Shown here: positions 25,626 through 37,700 of the stretch, piece by piece
Layout of the letters: each line of letters begins with the position of its first letter
Numbering within the stretch: position 1 is the stretch's first letter
NCBI RefSeq assembly: GCF_009834535.1
Contig: NC_045696.1
Coordinates: 77,936,001-78,000,000 of the forward strand
DNA: 64,000 nucleotides
Origin: Camelus ferus
Taxonomy: Eukaryota
Reading direction: 5' to 3'
Made by a program: the position numbers and the translations under genes
Notes under the pieces: model-generated
The model's input: the letters and a program-made list of their open reading frames with translations, nothing else
What the model was told of the DNA's origin: nothing
Database searches by the model: none

Positions 25626-26989
25626 AAGGAGAGCGAGCCTGTGATTAACCAATAGGTCAAATCTGCACTGAATGGTGGTCTAGTCTTGGGAATATTTTCT
25701 AACACTTTACTGAAAATAAACTACATTGAATGAAGATCATGACATTTTCATCTTTCTAAGAAATATTCATCTTTCATATTATATATGACTACCTTGGAGG
25801 ATGGTCATGAAAGGAAAGGTATTTGTCATATATATGGGTTTTATTTTATGATTTAACAGCAAGATTATATTGCTATTCATCAGCAAATAAAATGTACCTA
25901 TCTATGCACAGTGAGTTGTTTATTGAATACAGCAAGATTGATTTTAGCTGCTTTGACAGGTGAAAATTAACACCATGCTTTCTTTGTTCCAATGCTTAGT
26001 AATATGCAGGGTTTAACAAAGAAATTAGAATAGAAACAGTTCATATATTTCTTAGGAGTCAGGTCAAGGATTCGTTCATACTGCTATTTCATTGCCCATG
26101 AAATGTAATACAGAGAAGCTCAGTATGAGACTGGCAGGTGTTATTATTGTAGCAACTTATCCTATTCGGAAACACTGTTTCTTTTTATAAATGGGTTTAG
26201 CTGTGATTATTATCTTGTGTAACCAGAGATTATGCAGACATCATTTTAAGTAATTGTATGTTAAGTAATTCATACTTAACAATATTAAATGGAAGTAGCA
26301 TCTGAAGTTCTTCTTAGATCTTTGCTGAAAACACATCCCAAGGATGTAATCGTCTTGAACTTTTAACTCACAGTAATGGAATAGTTTTCTAGAGGCTTAA
26401 GGTTATTGTTTGGATCTCGGAATCCCTAAAGGACCACATTCTTCATGTACTGCCCTCTCTTTCCATTATTCTATTTTAATTTGCTAAAGGACAGATCCTG
26501 AGAAACCTGGTCGCACTTATCTCCAGTACAGCATTTTGCAGTAATGAACATCTCTTCAGGGCTCAATGAAAAAGATGACTACATCACAATTCAAGTCCTA
26601 AGACCAGAGAAAACATTAGGTAACTACCAGTTTATAGACTTGTGTACAAATTTAGTTTCTGTTTCTTAATATATTGTGTAAAACAAACTGGATCTCAAGT
26701 CAGGATCATCTTTGTGTATGTGTGTTTTTGCTTTTGTAAAAACCCTAACATCTTTCAAAAAGAACCAAAATGAAATAGATTTGTTAAAAAATCCAAAGGG
26801 ATTTGCACTACTTTTCCTTTACCTCAAAAGAGTGAAGAGCATATTGTCTACCTACTTCTTGGGTATCTTCAAAATTAGCTTTAAAATTCTACCCTAATAA
26901 ATTTCCCTGCAGACATATAAATTAAGACTCAATACAGACAGACAAATTGAGAGACAGTCAACAGAAGAATCAGCATATACTCTTGAAAA

Positions 26990-27460
26990 ACGACAAGGTC
27001 AGAAACAATAGCAACATTTTTTAACGGGCTGACACTCCCCGCCCCCCACCCCTCGCCCTCCCCCAAAATGAGTGGTTGGAATGGAGAAACAGCTTAAAGG
27101 ATACTCTCAGGACAACTGTCAAAATGTGAGGATGGTCACTGGGTTGAATAAGATTATTATGTCAATATTACATTTCCTGATTTGATAATTGAACTGTAGT
27201 TATATAAAAGAATGCCCTTGTCTTTGGGAAAAACACAATGAAATATGTGGGATAAAAAGCTCATGTCTGCAGCTTACTATCAGATTATTGAGACGATTCT
27301 CAGAGTTCAGAGGAAAAGTGTGCTTGAGGTCTCAGAACAGAGTGAGTATAAAATGATTAAATGAAACAAAATGTTAACAACTGGTGACTCTGAGTAAATG
27401 GTGTGCATTTTGTGATATTCTTGCAAACTTCTTGTAAAATTAAAAAAAAATTAAAGAATT
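26990..27460 (+). mobile_element. Old L1 (L1MC-type) 3' UTR
   Basis: atttcctgatttgataattgaactgtagttatataaaagaatgcccttg...aaatgttaacaactggtgactctgagtaaa...attcttgcaaacttcttgtaa. Confidence 0.8.
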
Positions 27461-28439
27461 TCAAAGAGACAAATTTATAATGGTAAAATTTAAACTAATA
27501 TTACTCTAAAGACAGTCATAATAAGGGAGATAATAGTGTCTGCATAGTCACCAACTATTAATAAAGCCTCCAAATAGTCTAATTTATTTGACATTGTCAT
27601 TGGAACAAATCTAGCCACAGATGTCCTTATTCCCATTTTAAAGTTGGAGAAACTTGGAAACAGAACTGCTTCAAGCTTAGTTTGAAGGCTTTGATTTGTA
27701 TCCCTTTCCAGGGTAACCACACCACAGACTGTGCAAATTGCCCTCATGTAGGTCAGGAAGGCAAGCCTGTGGTCTGTCCTATGCTCACTACCCAGCTGTC
27801 AAGCTGTAAGAATTTGGATGGTTGCAGATCAGTAAGCAGCTCCATAATTTAGAATCAATCTTCTAAGCTGTCTTGTCTCTATTTTCATAGCATGTTATTG
27901 GTTTTCCTTCCAAAGTTGTGCTAGCTCTTCTTGGCATGATCGATGGTGCAGGTGCACCGTTTTAGGAAAGAAACAATAGGAAACCCTACTGGTTTATGCG
28001 GCATTACAAATAGAAAAGTGAAAAAAATCAATGCTAGACAAGGAGAATAGAGAAAATCATTAGGGAAATAAATTTCATTTTCATGCTTTCAAGAATTACA
28101 TCAAAGAATACGTATTTTACTTGAAAAGGTATAGGTGTTCTTTGGGGAGAGGAAGCAAGAAAGAGGGGAGGGTCTAGAAATGCCAATTGCCAGATTGCTT
28201 ATCTCATGAGAATATAAGGCTTGTCTTCTGAATTGAGAATATTTTATTTAAAATTACTTGATCTATCTCCGATTCTTTGTATATTAAGGGCAAGTGTGAG
28301 AGAATAAAGTTCTCTCTGTTAGAACTTTTAAAAAATGTTCTCCATTCTATTACATAGCTAGTCTCCAAAGTGGGATATAATTCATTGGCTATCCAAGATG
28401 GTCCACTGAGCTCCAGGTAGAAAGTAATATATCCAGAGA

Positions 28440-29660
28440 AATACATAGGTAGGTAGCTCAAAAATTTCTAGAATTAAGTAGAGTGTTTCCTTCATTTGTA
28501 TCTTGAGGCTTCCCAACTATTATTACAAGTCCAGAATTACCTCTCTGCAAAATAAGATTTTAAGATTAACTGAGGGAAACAAATACCTATAAGGAAGATG
28601 AAATGGCTCCCAGAGCCTGAGGCTCCTCTTCCTCGGCTTGTCTCAGGCTCCTTCCTCGGCACCATCTTGCCCCTCTCCCTTGGCTCCTCCTGGCCAAACT
28701 CCACCTCTGTCTCCATCTTTCTCCTTCCCTTCTATACCTCCTCTCTATACTTTCAATTCCCAAATACAAATTCTCTCACCAGACTTCCTTTTTTCTCTCC
28801 CCACTCCCTTTTCCTCTGAACTTACCAGAACTTGTCTCTTTAAAATTAAACCTTCTCAGGATCCAGAGGCTAAACCCTTAACTTCTTATATTCTCTGCAC
28901 TAAAGCTGAACTGCCAGCTATCGTCAGATTTTCCCAAAGTAACTGAAGATCCTCACAGTTTTGCTGAGGAACTTAATATATTCATTCAAACTTATCAAAC
29001 TGGTTTCTCTGACCTATGTCATATACTTGTTGGTACAGGTCAGGCCCAGCGTTGGATGAACACTGCTAATTGGGAAAATCCTGAGAAGTCTCTAGAATTA
29101 CAACTGGGACACTGACCTGCTAACTCGTACATGATCAGGCTCAAGTAATCACTAGGTGACTTCACTGAGCAATTCCTAGGGCTTTTCCAAAGTCTGTTGA
29201 TTGGAACAAAATTTAGGCTTGCACACCAAAATCTGATCAATCTGTTCATGACTATTATAATCAACTTAAGATGATTTTTAAATAAAATTCTAATCTTCCT
29301 TCGGATGTTGATCACATTGAGGTAGCTTTTAACTCTCTGTTTATTAATGGGCTAACCAAGATCTTTCCCTTCAAGTAGAGAGGACCAGAGAGGAATGGGA
29401 AGCTGTGTCCACTCCAGATTTTGTTAATCTGGCAAACCAGCTTTCTTATATTCTGGATGAGCCATCCTCAAGGAAGACCACCCAAACTCTTAAACATCAA
29501 CTCCAGCAAATAAAAGCTCCTAAGCAAAACCAAAATCCTCCTAGTTTCTGCTATTATCACAAATAAAGATGACTTTGGAAGAGCAATTATTACAAATTTA
29601 AGCACTTTAGGTCCCTTCAGCCCTCTAACCAACGTTTCCAGTATCCTCCCAATTCTTAAT
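28440..29660 (+). pseudogene. gag: ERV gag remnant
   Basis: Pro/Ser-rich segment, then TKAELPAIV/DFPKVTEDPHSFAEELNIFIQTYQTGFSDL...GQAQRWM and FPKSVDWNKI*AC, resembling gamma-like capsid. Disrupted. Confidence 0.75.
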
Positions 29661-29719
29661 AGCAGGCTCCAGGAAACTGCAGGGCTCTTCCCAGTCCTCC
29701 CTCTTCATCAGTTTATAGG

Positions 29720-30341
29720 TGCTGGAAAACAAGCCACTGGAAAACAAGCCACACCTAAATTTCCATGAGCTTAAAATACTGTATTCACACTTACTTGCTT
29801 AAAACGCACATGCTTGATTCGTTTTAATGTTTTACACAGTAGATGAAATTTGTGAGGAGCAATCCCGACATTGACCATAAGGGCATGAAGGAGGGCAAAT
29901 ATTTCCTTAGGGTAAAACAATGGACGGTCCTGGAAAGCCAGATCATCCATTAACAGAACTTTGCTCTGGAATGAAAGCATGCTGTTTAACCCAAGAGAAG
30001 TATTTGCTATCTCCAGGCAATAACAGGATAGACTTAGAAAATCTGCAAACCCAAGGAGGGAGATTGTTCCTGGAAGGGATAGGCCTGAAATTAATCAGTT
30101 AACCTTCAAGCAGAACCTAGTGCTTATCACATGGAATATCTAAAGCCCCACCTCTTTGATCCCATTTTTTCCTGAGCTGTAGACTCCTAATAAATACAAT
30201 GTAGACCAGGCTTTTGGCACTCTAGATCCAGGAGATCTTGAGTCCTCTGGTCCCATCTTTGCTCTTTACTTTCTCTCTTTGTTTCTTAAGTCTTGCGTTG
30301 CCCGTCCTCAGAAACGGTCCCGAGCTGCACTGGATGCAGCA
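29720..30341 (+). mobile_element. Solo LTR with 6-bp TSD (class II/ERVK-like) nested in the ERV
   Basis: TGCTG...CAGCA inverted ends. TSD tatagg at 29714-29719 and 30342-30347. AATAAA at ~30188. Internal duplication ctggaaaacaagccac x2. Confidence 0.9.
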
Positions 30342-30347
30342 TATAGG

Positions 30348-33300
30348 GACATTTATCCAAACTGGGGATGGGTCTCTGCCAGTCCTAAATGACACCGGGG
30401 CCACAGTCTCTGTGTTCAACCCCACTACCATAAAATAGCCCCATCTCAGAATCCTGGAACAGTTCAAATAGTGGGGCTCTCTAATGGACCTCTTGAGGTC
30501 CCTGTCTCCGAACCTTCTGTTTAGGCCCTCTGAGAGATACACACCCTTTGCTCCTTAGCTCCTCCACCTCATTCATTTATTAGTCTGTGAGACTTCTTAG
30601 AACATTATTGTACCAGAATTTCTTTCTCCCCAAAAGGGGAAAGAAATCTAGAATTTGACAGTAGTAATCAAAGTAACCAACCATGTAGATTAAATTAACC
30701 TTTGATAACTTGTTTGTTACATCTCCAACAGTATACTAGAGCTGATTCTGAAAACACTCATCATTTATTCTACTGAATCAGCTACCACCTTTCTCATGGA
30801 CAAAGCCTCCAACTGATGTTGGCAAAATTCACAGCGTACCTCCTATTGAGGTCATATAGACCCCTCAAGACGTCTTCCCAGAATGAATACCCTGTAAGTA
30901 GAAAAACCCTTTAAGGTATAAAGCGGGTAACAGAAGATTACAAGGCTCAAGGCCTCACTGTCCTTTGCAGTAGTCCCTGTGACACTCCCATGTTACCCAG
31001 GAGAAAACCTAAGGGCTGAGGGTGAAGGTTTGTCCAGGACTTCCAAGCAATAAGAAACCTTGCTATCCCTTGACACCCTGCTGTTCCTAAGCCTCATACA
31101 TTACTAGTTACTAACATCTTTTCCCACAAGAAGTAAATCCCTCATTGTCACTGACTGATACAATGTGTTCTTTAGTGTTCCCATCGAGGGAGCTGGCCAA
31201 CAACTTTTTGCCATCACTTGGGAAGAAAAACAATTCACCTGGACAGTGATGCTATAGGATTTTACCCAGGGTTCCTATTTCTCACAAGTCCTAAAGGCTG
31301 ACCTGAATGAAACAAAGTTCCCTGGAGGTTCTACTGTGCTGCAATATGTGGATCATGTGCTGCTTTGCTCTCCTCCTTGTCTCCTCACAGAAGGCAGCAT
31401 CCACTTGCTAAAGCTTTTAGCTTTAAAGGGATGTAAGGTCCCCAAAGAAATATTGCAGTTTGCCCAAAGCCAAGTTCAATATTCAGGGCATCTGATATCA
31501 AAACAAGGGCTACATCTAGATAAAGATAGACTTCATGGTGTCCTATGTTTCCCAAAATCCAAAACTAAGCGCCAGCTGTGAAGCTTTCTCAAGCTAGTTG
31601 GTTACTAACAAAACTGGGTTCCAAATTTCTATTTTATGGCCAAACCTCTGTGTTTAGCTAAATAATAACAATCAACCCAATTCTATGGGAAGTACCAAAC
31701 AGCGTAGCAATGGAAACTTTAAAAGAGGGTTTGATGATCCCACCTGCCCTGAGGATCCCAATTATTAGATTCACGTTTTCTTGTTTGTATATGAAAAGGA
31801 AGGGAATGCCCTTGGGGTTCTCCCCCAAAATATGGGGACCAACATGAACCCACAGGATATGAGACCCAGCAAATGGGCCCTGTGGCATGATGATACCCTC
31901 CTTGACTTAAAGCCATTAAAGCCAATGAGAAAATCATTGTGGGATCCCCTTTAACCATTTTTGTACCTCATACAGCTTTATTATCGTCTCATACTTCTAC
32001 TTCTCAACCAGTCAACTCACATCCTAATGGGTCCTTTTGTTAAGTGCTCCTCACAAAACTCCTTTGCATTGTAGTCATCTTAACCCTGCTAGTCTCCCCT
32101 CTTTATCACTGACAAAGTCCCTCAGGGCTGCTTAACACTGACAGACAACCTCTTGATTCCTTGTGGTGAGCTGCAAGGAACCCGCTGGGTAATGCTGATT
32201 CCTCAAGGCTCACTGATGTTTCTTATTTAAAAGACGACGGTGGTACATACTACGCTGGGTATACTATTACAACTCCTTTTTATGTTGCTGAAACAGCACC
32301 TTTATTTGAAGCTACTTCAGCCCAAGAGGCCGAGCCTGTGTAGGCTTGCAATTTAGCCAAGGACAAAAGTTCTAATATTTATACTGATAGTAGATAGACA
32401 TGCTTTCAAAGTAGCTTGCGATCTGTGGATGCTGTGGAAGCAATGTGACTTCATTAGTCCCAGCAGAAACAAAATTTAAAATGGCTCTGATGTTCAGGAA
32501 TTACTGAATACAATACTTTAACCTGCTACTTCAGCTGTTATTCAAGATTCCCCCAGAAGCAGAGGGAAACCACCTTGCTGACATTTCCACAAGGGATGCT
32601 GTTGTCCAAGAGAACAACAGGAGCCAAACCTCTGCCATGGTTCAAAAGGATGTTTCCCCAAATGATAACTTAGAGAAACTGGCTAGAGGAAACTAAAATT
32701 AGTCTCAGAAAAGGGGAAAAAATCAAGATTGGAAATTCAGTAATTGTTGGTTTGATAAAAGAGAAAGCACTGGTTTGGAGCAAACTATAACTCAGTCCTG
32801 CCAAAGACTCTAAAATCCTCACGTCTTACCACTCTACATGCATTAAACTATTGGTCTCTTAACAAAACGACAGCATTCATGAATCAACATTGCTGGGAAA
32901 ACATTAACAAGGCCACAGAAAGTGCCTACCTTGCTTGCCCCACTCGTCTGATGTACAACCTTGGGAAGCCTTTTCTTGCTGCTCCCAGACACTTTAAACT
33001 GCTTGATGGACCACTGGAGCCCTGACAAATGGATTTCATAGAACTTCCTCTGTCTCATGGATATAAATATGTTTTAGTAATGATCTGTATGCTTTCACAG
33101 TAGACTGAAGACTTCCCTTGCGTACAGACCATTGCCTCTTCCGGGGCAAAAGACCTTTTGGAAAAGATTATCCCTTCATTGTGATTGAGAAACACATTTT
33201 ACTGGCCAGGTGCTTTGATAAGTCTGTGCTGTTTGGCCAATTTTACAACACTTTTACTGCACTTACCACCCTTGATCCTTTGATTTAGTTCAACACCTTA

Positions 33301-33650
33301 ATGATATTATTAAGACTCAACTGACAAAGTTTGTAGAAAACTTTCAAATACCTTAGGAAAAAGCACTGCCATTGGTCTTTCAAAATCTGAGATTCACCCC
33401 TTTTGGAACTCAGAAATTCTTACCCTTTGAGATAGTCACAGGATGCCCAACGTACTTGGATCTTTTATTGACTCACAGCTGATAAAAGGAGAAATAATCC
33501 AATATTCCAAAGGCTTAACTGCTTCTATTAAAAAAAAAAATACTATGTTTTTGGTAGGCCAACCTTTCCACAGTGAGCTCTCAGGAAATAAAGACCTTAA
33601 ACATCAGAAACTGCAACGTGGAGATTTCATATATTGGAAAAGACACCTCT
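30348..33650 (+). pseudogene. pol: ERV pro-pol remnant
   Basis: Protease VLNDTGAT (D at 30391). RT SPCDTPMLP..RFVQDFQAI and LQYVDHVLL (~31345). RNase H NIYTDSR (~32374) and EGNHLAD. Integrase QMDFIELP..GYKYVLV (~33026), HFTGQV, PFEIVTG, GDFIYWKRH. Confidence 0.93.
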
Positions 33651-33907
33651 CATTGCTCCTTATTTAATAGGCAATGAACTATAAAAGACATGCAATGAAT
33701 TGTACTAATTAATACTTTCCACTTCTCTCTCAATAATCAACTGGTAGTAACTTTTACCACTGTGTGATTAAGGTAATAATTCTGGTTCTAACAGAATTTT
33801 ACTGTGTGGTTCCTACTGCCTCTGTTCCACACAATCCTGTTTTCACTTGGATGGCTGTTTCTTGCCTCAAAGCCCTTTTAACTAATCATATTCTTATTCT
33901 TTGCCTA

Positions 33908-34474
33908 TGTAGGGAGGCAAAATTTACCACCCCAAATGTGTCTATTGAGCATGAAGATTAATTTAGGCTGATTATTTTTTAAGAAACAGAAGATTCAGGA
34001 AGTTTTGCTTGTTACCACTCCTTTAATTGCCTAAGATAATTTAGATAAAGAGCCTGCTCCTAGAATAGAGCTATCACTGGAGGTCTATGCAAAGGATATG
34101 TGCTGGGAGTGGTGAGGGAAACCTGGCAGGGTCTGGAGGTTAGCGTGCACTCTGATCCAGTGTATCTGCAGGGTCCAGTAACCCTGTGTATACCAAAGAT
34201 TTACTTTTCCATCTCCATATGAATTGTCTTCCTGCCCTACTTTGAATTTCCATACCACTACCCTCAACATTTTGTTTTGTCTTTAGCTGAAGATGATAAT
34301 TAAGATAAGGATTTTGGCCATTTTAGCAAGTTACTCAGTTTTCCTGGGTCCCATGTACACATGATATTAAACTTTTATTTGATTTTCTCCTGTTAATCTG
34401 TCTCATATCAATTTAATTCTTAGACCAGCTAGAACAACTTATAAATGAAAAGGAAATGTTCTTCCTTCCTGACA
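33908..34474 (+). mobile_element. Solo LTR, ERV1 class (MER34-like), 4-bp TSD
   Basis: TGTAGGGAGG...CCTTCCTGACA ends. TSD ccta at 33904-33907 and 34475-34478. ATTAAA then tttctcctgttaatctgtctcat. Confidence 0.92.
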
Positions 34475-35004
34475 CCTATAGGTATTTTGATAACAGCTGA
34501 GTAAGTCTTTTACCTTGAAATGCAAAGAAATCCTCAATACTAGATTTCTTTTTGAAATTCTTTATTTTTTTGTGTCTTGCCTTATTCATTTTTTTCTCTT
34601 TTGCAGGAGTATACCATTATACATGTATTTACACCCTTTGTCTCTGCCTTTAGCCAAAAAAGATATAAGATAGTTTCTATCTACCATGCAAATACGTATG
34701 CAAACTTATTCATTATATAATTTCTTTAGTTATTTATGATATATAATATTAGATAAGAAAAAAAGTTCATAAACAACTCCTCCATAAACCATGTTAACAA
34801 AATATTGTGAATTAAACAAAATTCGGTCAGTAAACCAGCTTTGGTAATCATTCAGAAAGTAATACAATTCCATATAATTCTTATCTTGTAAACTAACTTT
34901 ATCTTAATGGATACAAACATGAAGCTTCAATATGACATAAGAAACTTTACTGACCCTATGACCGATGTGAAATTTTATGTTATTTCATTTAAAAAAAAAA
35001 GGAA

Positions 35005-35560
35005 ATTTTTAATGTATAAACAGGTAAAAAGAGAATAGAATGATAAAACCTCAGGTACCCCCCACTCAGCTTCAAAAACTTGCCAGTTTTGGGCTTTCCA
35101 TTTTTCATCTACACTCCATCTAACTGGATTATTCTGAAGCAAATCCAGATTTAATTTTATTTTAGTATGAATATTTCACAGCACATATCATTAAATAAGA
35201 AGGAGTTTTTACAAGGACACCTCGTAGGTGTATGGTATAACTCCATCAAGAGGCACAAGATGCCTGTATCTCCCTCTCCCTCTCCCTCCCCTACTCTTAT
35301 TAACATCCCTTGTTGTTTGTCCCTCGATTCATCATTTCATTGGGGGTTTACAAAATCATAATATTTTGACCCTACCATTCTTTATGTATTAGCTGGAATA
35401 CTTCTATAAAAGAAAAAATGTCCTTGCGGTATTGTTTTTATAGGAAAGTCAGGTTAAATGCTTACTTATTTCTATTTACTCATTTTTAAGCTAATGAGTT
35501 GGCTCTCTAGCAACTTCTGATGGTCCTCAACAGATTTATATGTTAATATCATTATGTACT
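35005..35560 (-). mobile_element. Old L1 (L1MC/ME-type) 3' fragments
   Basis: agagaatagaatgataaaacctcaggtaccc..actcagcttcaa and ctggattattctgaagcaaatccaga. Confidence 0.65.
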
Positions 35561-35643
35561 CAGGGATTGTTCTGCTTTTGAGTATGTGAAATTCATTCAA
35601 ATTTAGTTACCTTAGTGTAAAAAAAAATAAAACAAGACCATAC

Positions 35644-35649
35644 CTTCAG
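35644..35649 (-). other. Candidate 6-nt micro-exon (CTGAAG)
   Basis: Branch-like tttaac, long tract tttttcttccattatattttttag|CTGAAG|gtatgg. Confidence 0.35.
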
Positions 35650-36169
35650 CTAAAAAATATAATGGAAGAAAAAGTTAAACTTCTAGAAGAAGCTTTGCCC
35701 AATATACTGAAAATGTAGTTTGTGTTTAAAAGCAGAACTTCCCCAGTTTTTAGAATGCAATAGTACTAATAAATGGGCAATTCATAAAACAGAACAATAT
35801 AATACCACTGAACTTGATTTCTAAAGACCTACAATGTTTTGTCTGCCTACTATGTGCCAACATCTATGCCAAACACTTTAAATGATTTACCCTGTAGAAT
35901 ACTCACAACCTTTATAAAGAAGAGATTATTACTAACATTTTACATCTGAGAATATCTAGTCTTGTTGGAAAGGCAGAGTGACACGCACCATTGCTCTTAT
36001 GCCTTGTTTAACCCTGGGTCCTTGAAATCCCCAGAGGATCTATGAACAGGCCATCTACCATCCTTCTGAACTTATCTGTGTGCATGCACATTTTTCTAGA
36101 GGGACTCCATATAGTTTTAACCAAATTTTGAGAGGAAACTATAATCTCCCACCTTCCCCCAAAAGTCAC

Positions 36170-36238
36170 GATATAGCACAGGGAACTATACTCAATATCT
36201 TGTAGTAACCTACAATGAAAAATAATATGAAAATGAAT

Positions 36239-36269
<31 letters not shown>

Positions 36270-36375
36270 CACACACACATATACATATACATAAAATAAA
36301 ATGTATGGCTGAAACATGCTGTACACCAGAAATTGACACATTGTAACTGACTATATTTCAAGAAAGAAAGAAAGA
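36170..36375 (+). mobile_element. Young camelid-type L1 3' end with internal (CA)n/(TA)n microsatellite
   Basis: tatagcacagggaactatactcaatatcttgtagtaacc...ctgaaacatgctgtacaccagaaattgacacattgtaactgactata plus a (GAAA)n tail. Confidence 0.92.
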
Positions 36376-37668
36376 ATCAGTGCACTATCTGTGTTGGTTA
36401 ATCTGAGTTTGACAAAGCCATTTGAGAATTGAGAACCTAGTCAATTTTATTTGTGCAAACATTCCATAGATCTACCTGATATTAGAGGCACTAGCTAGCC
36501 ACCTTTCTTTGGATATATTTTTCCAACATACATGACTTTAAATCTAAAAACTTACAGATTCTCAAATTTATTTCCTATCTAAATTCGCATGTGTTTTTTT
36601 CTGATGCCAAATTAGACTTAGTCAGAGACACTGCTAGATGTAATCTAGACTAAGTTTCAGTAGGTATACATCTGTTAACGCCATGAAATACAAATACCTG
36701 TTGAGTTTAATAACAAAAGAAATGCTTAAAACTATTTCAGAAAATAAAGATCTCTAAAGAAAATGCCATCATCATTAAATAAAATATGAAGATGGCAAAC
36801 AAACTCTATTTTAACATATTCATTTGGCAAGAGTACAAGGAATAAACCTAAGACTGATTTCTCCCAGTACCCCAACAATGAATTTATTAATAATTACAGA
36901 TGCACAGGACTGCTGATGACTTTCTTAAATAACTTTCCTACTTTACTCTTGTCAATTTTAGTCAGTTTCAGCAATATTATTTGAACTGATTTTCAATGGA
37001 TTGGTCATTTCTTAGGATAACTCTGTGTCCTTTATCCTAGAATCTATGTCTACTTGCTAGAAATCAATCATAGTAACATATTTGCTATTGATAGAATTTC
37101 AAAAGTACACTCAATGCCAGCTTATTGATAGTTTTAATACTACATTCAAAGCACAAATCATCCTTTCATGAAAAAAAAAAAAAAAAAAACCCAAAAACCC
37201 TTTTTTGCCCTGATGGGTATTCTATTTCATTTCTGCTTAATGGTACTTTTTACCACTCTGTTCATTAGGATAATCATCCTGGAACCATAAACACACTAAA
37301 TGAAATGCTGTGGGGGGACAGATTACCAATATTTCTAATTAAAGATACTGTTGACCATAAGCTAATTAGAGTAGGCAACATTTTAGGCATGGCGCAGAAA
37401 CTATAAAAATATAAATTACTAGGACTAAAGATAGTGTGCTAGTTGAAACTTTATAAGGCTATATAAGGTATTTTTACATTGAATTGAAGGAAATACTAGG
37501 TTAGGCTTGTTTCAATGGATTTTTTTTTAATTATCTAATTCCTGGCAAAGACCACATTTGGCAGAGTCACTACTGAGATCCAAGAAGGAATAAACGCTGC
37601 ATCCACAACACACCCTCCTCCTTTTCCCCCTCTGGCTCTGTAAGTCAGGTGGAGAACTGAAATATTAC

Positions 37669-37700
37669 CTCATGGATACAAGCAAAATTTAAACCTTCAC
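37669..37700 (-). other. Candidate micro-exon, 32 nt
   Basis: tctccccttgcgttacttag|GTGAAGGTTTAAATTTTGCTTGTATCCATGAG|gtaata. Only one frame is open (EGLNFACIHE). Confidence 0.35.

Larger units (their letters stand above)
28440..34700 (+). mobile_element. Decayed class I endogenous retrovirus internal region (gag-pro-pol, MER34-int-like), no cognate LTRs visible
   Basis: Ordered remnants of capsid, protease, RT, RNase H and integrase with many stops and frameshifts. Interrupted by two solo LTRs that each have their own TSD. Outer boundaries approximate. Confidence 0.92.

Noticed and set aside
28440..33650. Domesticated or intact retroviral gene
   Set aside because: Stops and frameshifts occur throughout gag, RT, RNase H and integrase, the catalytic YVDD is changed to YVDH, and there is no env ORF.
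33908..34474. Treating this LTR as the 3' LTR of the 28-34 kb provirus
   Set aside because: It has its own 4-bp TSD on both sides and no polypurine tract directly upstream.
36008..36361. 117-aa minus-strand ORF and the similar ORF at 57440-57625
   Set aside because: Both are antisense translations of the L1 3' UTR and microsatellite.
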